A stretch of DNA of 64,000 nt, taken from positions 2,601-66,600 of the forward strand of contig JAZLES010000008.1 in the NCBI GenBank assembly GCA_045615385.1, read 5' to 3'. The position numbers were made by a program, and so were the translations under genes. The notes below the pieces were generated by a model. The model was given only the letters and a program-made list of their open reading frames with translations. It made no database searches and was not told the origin of the DNA. This DNA comes from Candidatus Nanosyncoccus sp. Lineage in GTDB: Bacteria > Patescibacteriota > Saccharimonadia > Saccharimonadales > Saccharimonadaceae. Shown here piece after piece: positions 26,862 through 37,418 of this stretch (position 1 is the first letter of the stretch; each line of letters starts with the position of its first letter).

Positions 26862-28477
26862 TAATACATTCCTCCCATATCAGATTGAGTTGGCTTGTCT
26901 TCAGGTATCTCACAAATCAAAGCCCCCATCGTAATCGCCGTTGCCGCAATACTAGTCGCATTCTTCACCGCCTCTTTCGCAACTTTTGCCGGATCAATCA
27001 CTCCCGCTTTTTTCATATCCACCAACCCTTTTTCTGGCGTCATCACATTAATCCCATAACCTGTTTTAGTTGATTTCTCAACTTCATACAATAATGCCTG
27101 CGCATTTAATCCCGCATTTTCCATAATATGTACGAACGGAGCTTTCAAAGCATTTTTGACAATTCTTTCCCCATCTTCACTATCCGATAATGAGGCTGCG
27201 AGATTTACTAACGTTACACCTCCACCCGCAACAATTCCCTCCGCCAGTGCCGCCTTCGTCGCCGCTACCGCATCATCAACTCTAAATTTTTTCTCATCAA
27301 TTTCAGTTTCCGTCGCCCCTCCGACTTTTATCACTGCCACTTTCCCAGACAAAGCCGCCGCTCGCTTTCCAAATTCCTCTCTCTCATAATCCGATTTCGC
27401 CATCGACGCCAAAGAGTTAATCAATTCAATTCTTGCTTTAACCGCTTTAGCATCACCCGCACCTTTAATAATTGTCGTCTCATCCTTCGTGGCAATCACT
27501 TTTGCCGCCGAACCTAACACTTCTAATCCAACTTCCTCAAGTTTCAACCCTTTGTCCGCAGAAATTACTGTCGCATCCGTTAAGATAGCAATGTCTTCCA
27601 TGATTTCTTTACGTCTCTCTCCAAACGCCGGCGCCTTTAACACTAATGAATTAAATACACCTTTCAACTTATTTAAGACTAGAAGCGACAAAGCCTCGCC
27701 TTCTACTTCTTCCGCAATAATTACTAAATCTTTCTTTCCCGCCTGTGCGCATTTCTCTAGTAATGATAATATATCATTCGCTGCTGAAATTTTTCGATCC
27801 GTAATCAAAACTAATGGTTTTTCAAAAATCGCTTCTTGCCGGTTTACGTCTGTGACAAAAAACGGTGATGAATAACCTTTATCATAGCTAAAGCCTTCGA
27901 CAATTTCCTGTTCCATTTCTAGACCTTGACCCGCTTCAACTGTAACTACGCCATCCTTGCCAATTTTTGAAATCACTTCCGCAATCAATGCGCCAATTTT
28001 TTCATCTCCAGCCGAAATCGTCGCTACTTCCGCCACTTTCTTTGAATCACCCTCAATTTTCTCCGCCACTTTATCAATCTTCGCTACAATCTCCGCCCCT
28101 GCCTTTTCAATTCCATGTCTTAATTCCATCGGGTTTATTCCCGCCGCAATCAACTTATTTGCTTCATTCAAAATATTATAAGTTAGTACCGTAACCGTCG
28201 TCGTACCATCTCCTGCTACCTTATTTAATTTTTGCGCTGCTGTTTTAATTAGTTTAGCTCCTACCGCCTCACCTAACGATTCATCCTTATTCGGCAATTC
28301 TACCGCTTCCGCAACCGTTACTCCATCATGCGTAATAACCGGCGCACCATATTCTTTTTCAATAATCACGTTTTTACCTTTTGGTCCAAAAGTAACTTTT
28401 ACCGCATCATATAATTGTTTCGCACCCTTTAATACTTTTTCTCTTGCTTCCCCTTCGTAATAAATTTTTTTAGCCAT
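26861..28477 (-). CDS. groEL: Chaperonin GroEL
   Basis: TFGPKG, ITHDGVTVA, AGDGTTT, GGM tail. Confidence 0.97.
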   Translation of the reverse strand: MAKKIYYEGEAREKVLKGAKQLYDAVKVTFGPKGKNVIIEKEYGAPVITHDGVTVAEAVELPNKDESLGEAVGAKLIKTAAQKLNKVAGDGTTTVTVLTYNILNEANKLIAAGINPMELRHGIEKAGAEIVAKIDKVAEKIEGDSKKVAEVATISAGDEKIGALIAEVISKIGKDGVVTVEAGQGLEMEQEIVEGFSYDKGYSSPFFVTDVNRQEAIFEKPLVLITDRKISAANDILSLLEKCAQAGKKDLVIIAEEVEGEALSLLVLNKLKGVFNSLVLKAPAFGERRKEIMEDIAILTDATVISADKGLKLEEVGLEVLGSAAKVIATKDETTIIKGAGDAKAVKARIELINSLASMAKSDYEREEFGKRAAALSGKVAVIKVGGATETEIDEKKFRVDDAVAATKAALAEGIVAGGGVTLVNLAASLSDSEDGERIVKNALKAPFVHIMENAGLNAQALLYEVEKSTKTGYGINVMTPEKGLVDMKKAGVIDPAKVAKEAVKNATSIAATAITMGALICEIPEDKPTQSDMGGMY

Positions 28478-28490
28478 ATTTTCTCCTTAT

Positions 28491-28745
28491 TTATAAAGTA
28501 GCTAATATATCTTCTTCCTTCAAGATGATATAATCTACTTCCTCTACTTTTATTTCTGTTGTTGAATATTCCTTATAAACAATCTTGTCACCTTTTTTCA
28601 CACTGGTTACTTCCGGACCTACCGACTCAACCACCGCATAAGCCGGTTTTTCCTTCGCCTCTCCTAATAAGATTCCCGCTTTCGTTTTTTCCAGTGGTTT
28701 TTCAATCCTAGCTACCACCCGGTCTTTTAATGGTTTTAACGCCAT
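28491..28745 (-). CDS. groES: Co-chaperonin GroES
   Basis: LKPLKDRVV...AGILLG...EEDILA; ATG 28745. Confidence 0.95.
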   Translation of the reverse strand: MALKPLKDRVVARIEKPLEKTKAGILLGEAKEKPAYAVVESVGPEVTSVKKGDKIVYKEYSTTEIKVEEVDYIILKEEDILATL

Positions 28746-28785
28746 GATTATTATCTCCTTTTCTTCCCTCATTATAGCACAAAAA

Positions 28786-28812
28786 TTAGCACTGTAAACA
28801 CCCGAGTGCTAA
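28786..28812. promoter_or_regulatory. CIRCE element upstream of groES
   Basis: TTAGCACTG-N9-GAGTGCTAA, 1 mismatch. Confidence 0.9.
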
Positions 28813-28821
28813 TTTTTCTTT

Positions 28822-29400
28822 TTATTTTACTGAAATTTTCGCTAAACTCTTATATACTTCTAAATCTACTCCTTTCTCTTCTCTCCACTCATTTACTGCC
28901 TGACTCACTCCTGGCAAAGCCGAATTATTATAATCATGAATCATGATTACTCCACCTTTAACCATTTTATCTGCTACTAACCTCAGCGAATCTTTTATTG
29001 ATTGATATAAATCTCCATCTAAAAATGCCAACGCAATTTTCTCTGGCAAATCTTCCTGCCCTAATTCAGAAAACCAAGCCTTTTTGATTATTGGCAGCTT
29101 AAATCCTGCCCTTAAAAACCTTTGTTTCACTTCTCTTTTTGAAACCGTTAAAACTCCTTCCTGAAAATCCTTCCCTATCTCCGAATCATCTTCCTTACTT
29201 TTTTTCGGCAATCCCTCAAACGAATCATAAAGCCATAATTTTTTATTTGTTCCTTTTAAAACTTCCGCAAGCAAAAGCGAAGTGTCCCCTTTATAACACC
29301 CTAGTTCTACAAAATCTCCCTCTTTTAATAAACATTCTCTCGCAATTTCAATTATTTTTCTAGTTTCTGCTTCCGAAACCTGATCATTTCGCCAAACCAT
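28822..29400 (-). CDS. TylF/MycF/NovP-family O-methyltransferase
   Basis: GDFVELGCYKG, YDSFEGLP, FLDGDLYQS, IHDY. Confidence 0.85.
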   Translation of the reverse strand: MVWRNDQVSEAETRKIIEIARECLLKEGDFVELGCYKGDTSLLLAEVLKGTNKKLWLYDSFEGLPKKSKEDDSEIGKDFQEGVLTVSKREVKQRFLRAGFKLPIIKKAWFSELGQEDLPEKIALAFLDGDLYQSIKDSLRLVADKMVKGGVIMIHDYNNSALPGVSQAVNEWREEKGVDLEVYKSLAKISVK

Positions 29401-30583
29401 CCAGCAGTTCTCCTGCCTTTTTAATCATATAAGCCGCCTCATTCGTTGGGATAATATAAACCGGCTTCGAACCTTCTTCAGCAATATTTACATAGCCCTT
29501 TGTCTTATCCAAAATCGCATCATTCTTAATCTTAAAGCCCATAAATTCCAATTTACTCATTACCGAACTTCTCACCGGAATTGAACGTTCTCCAATCGTT
29601 GCTGTAAAGATGATCGCATCAACTCCCCCCATCTTCGCCGCAAATTCACCAATCTTTCCTGCCACCCCGTCTACAAACATGTTATAAGCTGCTACCGCAT
29701 TTTCATTTCCGTCCTCCGCTCCCGCAATAATCTCTCTCATATCATTAGAACCTGCTACCGCTAGCAAACCTGATTCTTTAATCATGATTTTAATCGCTGC
29801 CTCCGCTCCTAATTTTTCACCAAGAAGCGCTCCAATTGTCGGATCGATCGAGCCAGCTCTCGTCGAAGACATTAAACCCTCAAGCGGCGTCTCGCCCATA
29901 GAAGTATAAGCCGGTTCTCCATCAATAAATCCAGTCACTGAACAACCTGAACCTAAATGACAAACAATCATCTTCTTTTCCAGGATTCCTAATTCTTTTA
30001 CCTTCCCTATAATATATCCGTACGAAGAACCATGCGCACCATATCTGCCTAAATCAAATTCTTTAATAATATCTTTTGGCAAAGCATATTCAACATCTTT
30101 ACGTGAATCTCTCGTCAAAGCCTCTGAATCGGATAGTGTTAAGACCGGTATACCTGGAAAAGCTTTTTGAGCATTTCTCAAACCTCTAATCGCTCCCGGA
30201 ACGTGTAACGGATAAGTCAGTTTTGCCTTTTCAAGTTCTTTAAACGTTTCTTCATCCGCAACATGATGCTTCGTGAAATATTTTCCTGCCGCCGGCGTTC
30301 TAACTAAAATCCCATCTAAAGGATGTGCCTCGTTAATAAAACCTTCCTTTTCAAAAATCTTTTTCGCTTCCGCAAAGGCTTCGTCTAAAGTATCCCACTT
30401 TTTATCCAACAATTCTTCTGAACCATCAGCTCGTGTCACTGTACAAATAAATTTCTTCTTACCGTTTTCTTCAATTCCCTCAAAATACAGTGAACATACT
30501 TCATCTTCGCCTTCATAAAGCGAAAATTTCTCACTACTCGATCCTGAATTTAAAACTAAAAAAATTTTTGTAATATTTGTCAT
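29384..30583 (-). CDS. ackA: Acetate kinase (divergent)
   Basis: LNSGSSSEK, PLHVP, RYGAHGSS, CHLGSGCS, TPLEGL. Confidence 0.85.
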   Translation of the reverse strand: MTNITKIFLVLNSGSSSEKFSLYEGEDEVCSLYFEGIEENGKKKFICTVTRADGSEELLDKKWDTLDEAFAEAKKIFEKEGFINEAHPLDGILVRTPAAGKYFTKHHVADEETFKELEKAKLTYPLHVPGAIRGLRNAQKAFPGIPVLTLSDSEALTRDSRKDVEYALPKDIIKEFDLGRYGAHGSSYGYIIGKVKELGILEKKMIVCHLGSGCSVTGFIDGEPAYTSMGETPLEGLMSSTRAGSIDPTIGALLGEKLGAEAAIKIMIKESGLLAVAGSNDMREIIAGAEDGNENAVAAYNMFVDGVAGKIGEFAAKMGGVDAIIFTATIGERSIPVRSSVMSKLEFMGFKIKNDAILDKTKGYVNIAEEGSKPVYIIPTNEAAYMIKKAGELLDGLAK

Positions 30584-30601
30584 TTCTTCTCCTTTCGACC
30601 A

Positions 30602-33481
30602 TTATAACATTTTTTTCAAATATTCACCTGTAGGAGTTTTGGCAGACTTCGCCAACATTTCCGGCGTTCCTTCCGCAATCACCTTCCCTCCCTTTAATCC
30701 TCCTTCTGGTCCCATATCAATCACCCAGTCTGCCGACTTTATCACATGTAAATTATGTTCAATAATAATCATCGAATTCCCCCCATCCACTAGCCGATTC
30801 AGAATTGTCAATAATCTTTTCACGTCATCCGTATGTAATCCCGTAGTCGGCTCATCTAATATATATAAAGTCCTACCCGTCGATCGTCTTGAAAGCTCCG
30901 CCGCTAGTTTAATTCTCTGCGCCTCACCCCCCGAAAATGTTGTCGCTGGTTGCCCTAATCGAATATATCCTAAACCAACTTCCTGAATTGTTTTTAATTT
31001 TGGCGCAATCGACGGAATATTTTTGAAAAATTCTACCGCCTCATCAATCGTCATATCTAAAACTTGAGAGATATCTTTGCCTTTATATTTTATTTCCAAC
31101 GCTTCACGATTATATCGTCGCCCATGGCAAGCTGGACAAGTCACATAAACATCTGGCAAAAAATGCATTTCAATTTTATTCACCCCATCCCCTTGACAAT
31201 GCTCACATCGCCCACCTTTTACATTGAACGAAAATCTTCCCGCCTTGTAACCTCTTACTTCTGCTTCCGGTTGCATCGCGAATAATTCCCGAATTGGCGT
31301 AAACACTCCCGTATAAGTCGCCGGATTCGAACGTGGCGTTCTTCCGATTGGACTTTGGTCTATTACTATAATCTTATTTAATTTCTCGACCCCATCAATT
31401 CTTTCATGCGTGCCCGAAACCGTCTGTGCTCGATTTAATCTTGCCGATAATTCATTTGCTAGAATCGAATTAACTAAAGTCGATTTTCCTGATCCCGAAA
31501 CACCTGAAACAACTGTCATCACCCCAAGTGGAAAATGTACATCAATATTTTTTAAATTATTTTCTCGCGCTCCTACAACAACTAGCTCATGTCCCTTTTT
31601 AATTTTTCTTCGTTTCTTTGGCACTGGAATTGTCATTTTCCCTGATAAATACTTTCCTGTAATCGAATTAGGATTATTTTCAATCTCTTCTGGTGCCCCC
31701 GCTGCTACTAAAAGCCCACCTTGATTTCCTGCCCCCGGCCCAATATCGATAATATAATCCGACTCTCTCATCGTATCTTCATCATGTTCAACTACTAAAA
31801 CTGTATTTTTTAAATCTCTTAAATGCTTCAAAGTATTAATTAGCTTATTATTATCTCTTTGGTGTAAGCCAATTGAAGGTTCATCTAAAACGTATAAAAC
31901 TCCCTGAAGCCCTGAACCAATTTGCGTCGCTAACCGGATTCGTTGTGCTTCACCCCCAGACAAAGTATTTGCCGCTCGTCCTAACTCCAAATAGCCTAAA
32001 CCTACATCCTTCATAAATTGCACCCGTTCCCGAATCTCTTTTAAAATTGGTTTCGCAATCATTTCCTCAGCTTCATTAAAGCCTAAATCTTGTCCTAAAA
32101 CCTCAAGTGCCGCATCCACATCTAAATTACAAATATCCACAATATTTAAATCATGTACCGTTACCGCCAAAACCGCTGGTTTTAATCTCGCCCCATGGCA
32201 TTCCTGACATTCTCTTACTCTCATAAATCTTTCAATATCATGTTTCATGAACTCCGAAATCTTTGGATCATTATATCTTCGCTCCAAAGTCGGAATTACC
32301 CCCTCGTAAGTAGTTTCGTAAACCGTTCCATCCGCAAACCTTCCCGAACCAGTAATCTTCATTTTATATCTCTCGCTCCCAGTCCCGTACATAATAATCT
32401 GTCTTGCTTCTTCCGTTAACTCTCCAATCGGCACATGAATTGAAAAATTATGCGCCTGACCTACTTGAATTAATCTCTTCAACCACCAAGAATCCTGTCC
32501 TACTCGATTAAATGGCCGAATTCCCCCTTCCGCTATTGTCAAATTATTATTAAAAATCAAACTCGGATCAATCTCCATCCTCGAACCTAACCCCATACAA
32601 ACCGGACAGGCTCCCTCTGGCGCATTAAAAGAAAAGAGTCTCGGCGTTAATTCTGGAATTAATTCATCTGGATGGTCTGGACAAGCATACCTTTGTGAAT
32701 AAGTTAAAACTTCTGTGTTTTCCTTCGAAATCCGATTTTCTCCTATCGCCGTTGAAGTATCATTAATCTTTAGCAGTTGTATAATCCCCTGCCCTAAATC
32801 TAATGCCTGCTCAATCGAACCAGCAATTCGTGTTCTCAGCTCTGGATTTAAAACAAACCGATCTACCACAATCTCAATATCATGCCGTTCATTTTTATTT
32901 AATTCCGGAAATTCATCTAATGCATAAATAATTCCATCAACTCGCACTCTCGAAAAACCTTTAGCCGAATATTGTTCCGGAATGTGCAAAAACTCACCTT
33001 TTTTAGAAGACACAATCGGTGCTAGTAACATCAATTTCGCCCCCAAAGGTAGCTTCATTACTTCGTTTACGATATCCTCAACCGTTCGTCTAGAAACTTC
33101 CTTGTGACAAATCGGACAATGTGGTATCCCTACCCTTGCGAATAACAAACGTAAATAATCATAAACTTCTGTCACCGTCGCTACCGTTGAACGCGGATTC
33201 CTCGAAGTAGATTTTTGGTCAATTGAAATCGCTGGCGAAAGCCCTGTAATTGAATCCACATCCGGTTTATCCATCACTCCAAGAAACATTCTCGCATAAG
33301 ATGATAATGATTCTACATATCGTCTCTGTCCCTCCGCATAAATCGTATCAAAAGCCAAACTTGATTTTCCCGACCCCGATAATCCTGTGATAATTACTAA
33401 CTTATCCCGCGGAATATCTACATCTAAATCCTTCAAGTTATTCTGTCTTGCTCCTCTAACTCGTATATAATCATCTTTCAT
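30602..33481 (-). CDS. uvrA: Excinuclease ABC subunit A
   Basis: Two ABC modules (GLSGSGKSS, LSGGEAQR, GVSGSGKS), Zn fingers. Confidence 0.98.
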   Translation of the reverse strand: MKDDYIRVRGARQNNLKDLDVDIPRDKLVIITGLSGSGKSSLAFDTIYAEGQRRYVESLSSYARMFLGVMDKPDVDSITGLSPAISIDQKSTSRNPRSTVATVTEVYDYLRLLFARVGIPHCPICHKEVSRRTVEDIVNEVMKLPLGAKLMLLAPIVSSKKGEFLHIPEQYSAKGFSRVRVDGIIYALDEFPELNKNERHDIEIVVDRFVLNPELRTRIAGSIEQALDLGQGIIQLLKINDTSTAIGENRISKENTEVLTYSQRYACPDHPDELIPELTPRLFSFNAPEGACPVCMGLGSRMEIDPSLIFNNNLTIAEGGIRPFNRVGQDSWWLKRLIQVGQAHNFSIHVPIGELTEEARQIIMYGTGSERYKMKITGSGRFADGTVYETTYEGVIPTLERRYNDPKISEFMKHDIERFMRVRECQECHGARLKPAVLAVTVHDLNIVDICNLDVDAALEVLGQDLGFNEAEEMIAKPILKEIRERVQFMKDVGLGYLELGRAANTLSGGEAQRIRLATQIGSGLQGVLYVLDEPSIGLHQRDNNKLINTLKHLRDLKNTVLVVEHDEDTMRESDYIIDIGPGAGNQGGLLVAAGAPEEIENNPNSITGKYLSGKMTIPVPKKRRKIKKGHELVVVGARENNLKNIDVHFPLGVMTVVSGVSGSGKSTLVNSILANELSARLNRAQTVSGTHERIDGVEKLNKIIVIDQSPIGRTPRSNPATYTGVFTPIRELFAMQPEAEVRGYKAGRFSFNVKGGRCEHCQGDGVNKIEMHFLPDVYVTCPACHGRRYNREALEIKYKGKDISQVLDMTIDEAVEFFKNIPSIAPKLKTIQEVGLGYIRLGQPATTFSGGEAQRIKLAAELSRRSTGRTLYILDEPTTGLHTDDVKRLLTILNRLVDGGNSMIIIEHNLHVIKSADWVIDMGPEGGLKGGKVIAEGTPEMLAKSAKTPTGEYLKKML

Positions 33482-33529
33482 AAGCGCGTATATTATACCA
33501 AAAAAATCAAGTTTTGTCTATGGTATAAT

Positions 33530-34483
33530 ATGTATATGAATCCAAAAATCTCAATTATCGTCCCCATTTATAATACCGCAAAATACCTCCCAACCTGTTT
33601 AGACTCAATTTTGAACCAAACCTACCAAAATCTCGAAATCATCCTTATAGACGATGGTTCTACTGACAATTCAAGTCAAATCATTGAAGAATATACTAAA
33701 AAAGATCGACGTATTAAATCCCTTCATCAAAAAAACGCCGGCCTCTCCTCTACTCGTAACACCGGGCTCAAAACCGCTACCGGAGATTACGTTACTTTTA
33801 TTGATTCTGACGACGAAATCGATATAAAAATGATTAAAAAAATGGTGGAAGCACTTTCGTCTTCAAAAGCAGATGTTGCAGTTTGCTCATTTAAAGAAAT
33901 CTATCCTAACGGCAAAGTCCTATATTTTAATCACGATTACCCTCAAAAAATCTATGATACCGAAGCAGCCCTCCGTGCCATGTTACTAGAAAGAGGTTTT
34001 ATGCTCTCATCTACTATGAAATTATTTCCTAAAAAATACTTCAAAGATATTCAATTCCCAATAGATAAACTTCACGAAGATGTTGATACTACTTATAAAC
34101 TAATCCTCAAAGCCGATAGAATTATCTTTTTACCAGACGCATATTATATATATCATCATCACGACGACTCAATTATCGAAAGTAAGTTCGACCGTCGCAA
34201 ACTTGATCTCATCTCTTTTACCGACAAAATGTGTGATGCTATTGATCAAAAATATCCAAGCCTTAAAAATGTTACTAATGAACGCCGCATGCGTGCTAGA
34301 TTTTCCATCTTACGTCAAATCCCTATTCACTATCCAGAAACCAAAGTTCTCTTAAATTACCTCAAAACACACCAAAATTTCATTACGAAAAACCCCGAAG
34401 CCAGCAAAACCGACAAAATCGCCCTTAAACTCGCCCTAACTAACCTCAAACTTTTTCAACTATCTTATAAATTATTTAAATAA
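33530..34483 (+). CDS. GT2 glycosyltransferase
   Basis: SIIVPIYN, IDDGSTD, FIDSDD, HEDV. Confidence 0.9.
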   Translation: MYMNPKISIIVPIYNTAKYLPTCLDSILNQTYQNLEIILIDDGSTDNSSQIIEEYTKKDRRIKSLHQKNAGLSSTRNTGLKTATGDYVTFIDSDDEIDIKMIKKMVEALSSSKADVAVCSFKEIYPNGKVLYFNHDYPQKIYDTEAALRAMLLERGFMLSSTMKLFPKKYFKDIQFPIDKLHEDVDTTYKLILKADRIIFLPDAYYIYHHHDDSIIESKFDRRKLDLISFTDKMCDAIDQKYPSLKNVTNERRMRARFSILRQIPIHYPETKVLLNYLKTHQNFITKNPEASKTDKIALKLALTNLKLFQLSYKLFK

Positions 34484-35463
34484 CTCATTGTATCGCGCAT
34501 TGCATCTTCTACGGTCAATTCCGTTTTCCAACCCAATTCTTTTTCTGCTTTAGACGGATCAGCATACATTTCTGCTAAATCCCCCGCTCTTCTTCCTACT
34601 ACCTTATAAGGCAATTTCTTCCCACTCGCTTTATTAAAAGCTTCAATCATCTCAAATACCGATGTCCCTTTTCCTGTGCCTAAATTATAAATCAAAATTC
34701 CTGGTTTCATCCTATCAATCGCTGCTACATGTCCCTTTGCCAAATCTACAACATGAATATAGTCCCGAATTCCACTTCCATCTGGCGTCGGATAATCGTC
34801 TCCATAAACACTTAGCTCTTTTATTTCTCCACGAGACACTTTCATAATAATCGGCATCAAATTATTTGGAATATCATTTGGATCTTCACCGATTAAACCA
34901 GACGGATGATTCCCAACTGGATTAAAATATCTCAAAATCACTGCCTGGAATTCCGAATCAGATTCTGCCACATCTTTCAACATTTCTTCAATGATATGTT
35001 TCGTCTCACCATAAGGGTTTGTAATTCCCATCCCTGTTGGCATTGATTCATCATACCTCGGCGTATCCTGTTCACCATATACCGTTGCAGAAGACGAAAA
35101 TACTATTTTCTTTACACCATTTTCTTCCATACTCTCAAGCAAGTTTACTGTTCCACCCACATTATTTTCATAATATTTTAGCGGATTCTCAACTGATTCC
35201 CCCACTGCCTTCAATCCTGCAAAGTGCATTACTAAATCATATTTTTTTCTCTTAAAAACATCATTTAACTCTTCTTTATCACGAAGATCAACCTGATAAA
35301 ACCCTGGTCGTTTCCCACATATTTGTTCTATTTTATCCAACACTGTAATTTTCGAATTATAAAGATTGTCCACAATATCAATTTCATAACCCTTATTTAA
35401 AAGTTCAATAATTGTATGTGAACCGATATATCCGGTCCCTCCAGTAACTAAAATCTTCTCCAT
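34465..35463 (-). CDS. galE: UDP-glucose 4-epimerase
   Basis: GGTGYIGSH, HFAGLKAVGES, YxxxK (YGETK), RDYIHV. Confidence 0.95.
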   Translation of the reverse strand: MEKILVTGGTGYIGSHTIIELLNKGYEIDIVDNLYNSKITVLDKIEQICGKRPGFYQVDLRDKEELNDVFKRKKYDLVMHFAGLKAVGESVENPLKYYENNVGGTVNLLESMEENGVKKIVFSSSATVYGEQDTPRYDESMPTGMGITNPYGETKHIIEEMLKDVAESDSEFQAVILRYFNPVGNHPSGLIGEDPNDIPNNLMPIIMKVSRGEIKELSVYGDDYPTPDGSGIRDYIHVVDLAKGHVAAIDRMKPGILIYNLGTGKGTSVFEMIEAFNKASGKKLPYKVVGRRAGDLAEMYADPSKAEKELGWKTELTVEDAMRDTMSYLNNL

Positions 35464-35519
35464 ATGACAATTATAACATTTTGTGATAAAATATACAGAA
35501 GTAATCTGGAATATATTTT

Positions 35520-37418
35520 ATGTTTTTTGTCGATTTTCTTGGCTGGATTATGAAATTGTGTTACCAAATGGTAAATGATTTTGGTTGGGCTATCGTTTTG
35601 TTTACTCTCGTCAGCAAAATCATCTTGTTGCCGATTTCAATCTGGGTACAAAAAAATTCTATTAAAATGGTCAAAATGCAACCTGAAATTAACCAATTAA
35701 AAGTCAAATATTTTGGTGACAAAGATGCAATTGCCGAAGAAGAATCAAAAATTTATAAGAAATATAAATATAACCCATTTGCTTCGCTCGTACCTTTAAT
35801 TATTCAAATTGTCCTACTTTTAGGCGTAGTTGAGATTGTTAAAAATCCAGAACTCTATATTGGCCTTGAAAATATTAATTATAATTTCTTTGGTTTTGAT
35901 CTTAGATGGATCGCAATTGAAAATGGTGGTATGGCAATTTGGATTCCAATTATCGCCGGCTTATCAGCTCTAGCATTATGTATTGGTCAAAACATTATGA
36001 ATGTACTCCAAGCTGAACAATCTAAATGGAATCAATGGGGGATGCTGATTCTTTCAGTTGGGCTTTCCTTATATCTTGGTACTTTCGTTACCGCTGGTGT
36101 GGCGCTTTACTGGACCGCCAGTAATTTAATGGCCATTATCCAGCAATGGCTCCTCAATATTTTCATTAATCCGAAAAAACACGTTGATTACAAAGCGCTT
36201 GAAAAATCGCGCGCCGAATTAAAGGAGTTACGAGATCTTAATAAAACGGTCAAAAGAACGAAAGAACAAATCAAAAAAGAAAAAGAAGACTATAAAAAGT
36301 TTTTCTCAGTTGCAAATAAAAAACTTGTATTTTACTCCGAAAGCAATGGTTTCTATAAATATTATAAAGGAATCATTGAATATATATTAGAAAATACAAA
36401 TTTAACAATTCATTATATTACAAGTGATTATCATGATAATATTTTCGAGCTCGCTAAAACTGAAAAACATATCAAACCGTATTACATTGAAGAAAAGAAA
36501 CTCATTACGTTAATGATGAAAATGGATGCAGATGTTGTTGTAATGACAATGCCAGACATCAATAATTATCATATTAAACGTAGTTATGTCCGAAAAGATA
36601 TTGAATACATTTATTTACCACATGGTATTGATAGCCCAAATCTTACGATGCGCAAAGGTTCAATGGACCATTATGATTCAGTTTTTGTGACTGGGAAATA
36701 TCAACGTGAAGAATGTGAAAAGACTAATCAAGTTTACAATATTAAAGAACGTAAAATTATCAATTTAGGTTATCCGCTTCTGGATGACATGATTTTTGAT
36801 TATAAAAAGTCCAAAAAGAAACCTAGCAAAACTAAAACTATCATGATTGCTCCATCTTGGCAAAAAGACAATATTATTGACTTGTGCTTAGATAATCTCC
36901 TCAAAGCTCTTAAAGGTGAAGATTACCAAGTTATTGTGCGCCCTCATCCTCAACAGGTTCGCCACATGAAAGATGCTTTTGAAAAAATGAAAGAAAAATA
37001 TGCAGGAACCAATATTATTATCCAAACTGATTTTTCATCCACTGATTCCGTCTTTAACTCCGATTTATTAATCACCGACTGGTCTAGTATTGGTTATGAA
37101 TACGCCTTTACCACTGAAAAACCAGTTATATCAATTGATACACCCATGAAGATAATGAACCCAGAATATAAGAAAATCAAAGTTGAACCAATCAATATTT
37201 GGGCTCGTGAAAAAATTGGCGAAGTGGTTAAAGTCAAAGACGTTAAGAATATTAATTCCGTTGTCAAGAAAATTCTAAAAGATCCTAAAAAATACCAAAA
37301 GAAAATTTCTACTCTTAAGAAAGATTCGATGTATAATTTAGGTAATAGCGCGGAGGTAGGCGCTGAATATATTATTAAATGTGTTCAAGAAAAAATTAAA
37401 GAAAGGAAAAAACAATGA
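35520..37418 (+). CDS. YidC/Oxa1 insertase domain fused to a CDP-glycerol glycerophosphotransferase (TagF-like) domain
   Basis: N-terminal about 215 aa: KMQPEINQLK...YKYNPF...ALYWTASN; C-terminal: YLPHG, LGYPLLD, IAPSW, RPHP, LITDWSSIGYEYAF. Confidence 0.8.
   Translation: MFFVDFLGWIMKLCYQMVNDFGWAIVLFTLVSKIILLPISIWVQKNSIKMVKMQPEINQLKVKYFGDKDAIAEEESKIYKKYKYNPFASLVPLIIQIVLLLGVVEIVKNPELYIGLENINYNFFGFDLRWIAIENGGMAIWIPIIAGLSALALCIGQNIMNVLQAEQSKWNQWGMLILSVGLSLYLGTFVTAGVALYWTASNLMAIIQQWLLNIFINPKKHVDYKALEKSRAELKELRDLNKTVKRTKEQIKKEKEDYKKFFSVANKKLVFYSESNGFYKYYKGIIEYILENTNLTIHYITSDYHDNIFELAKTEKHIKPYYIEEKKLITLMMKMDADVVVMTMPDINNYHIKRSYVRKDIEYIYLPHGIDSPNLTMRKGSMDHYDSVFVTGKYQREECEKTNQVYNIKERKIINLGYPLLDDMIFDYKKSKKKPSKTKTIMIAPSWQKDNIIDLCLDNLLKALKGEDYQVIVRPHPQQVRHMKDAFEKMKEKYAGTNIIIQTDFSSTDSVFNSDLLITDWSSIGYEYAFTTEKPVISIDTPMKIMNPEYKKIKVEPINIWAREKIGEVVKVKDVKNINSVVKKILKDPKKYQKKISTLKKDSMYNLGNSAEVGAEYIIKCVQEKIKERKKQ

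Noticed and set aside
33482-33529. SOS box upstream of uvrA
   Set aside because: No CGAAC-N4-GTTCG, CTGT-N8-ACAG or other clear dyad found in the short intergenic region
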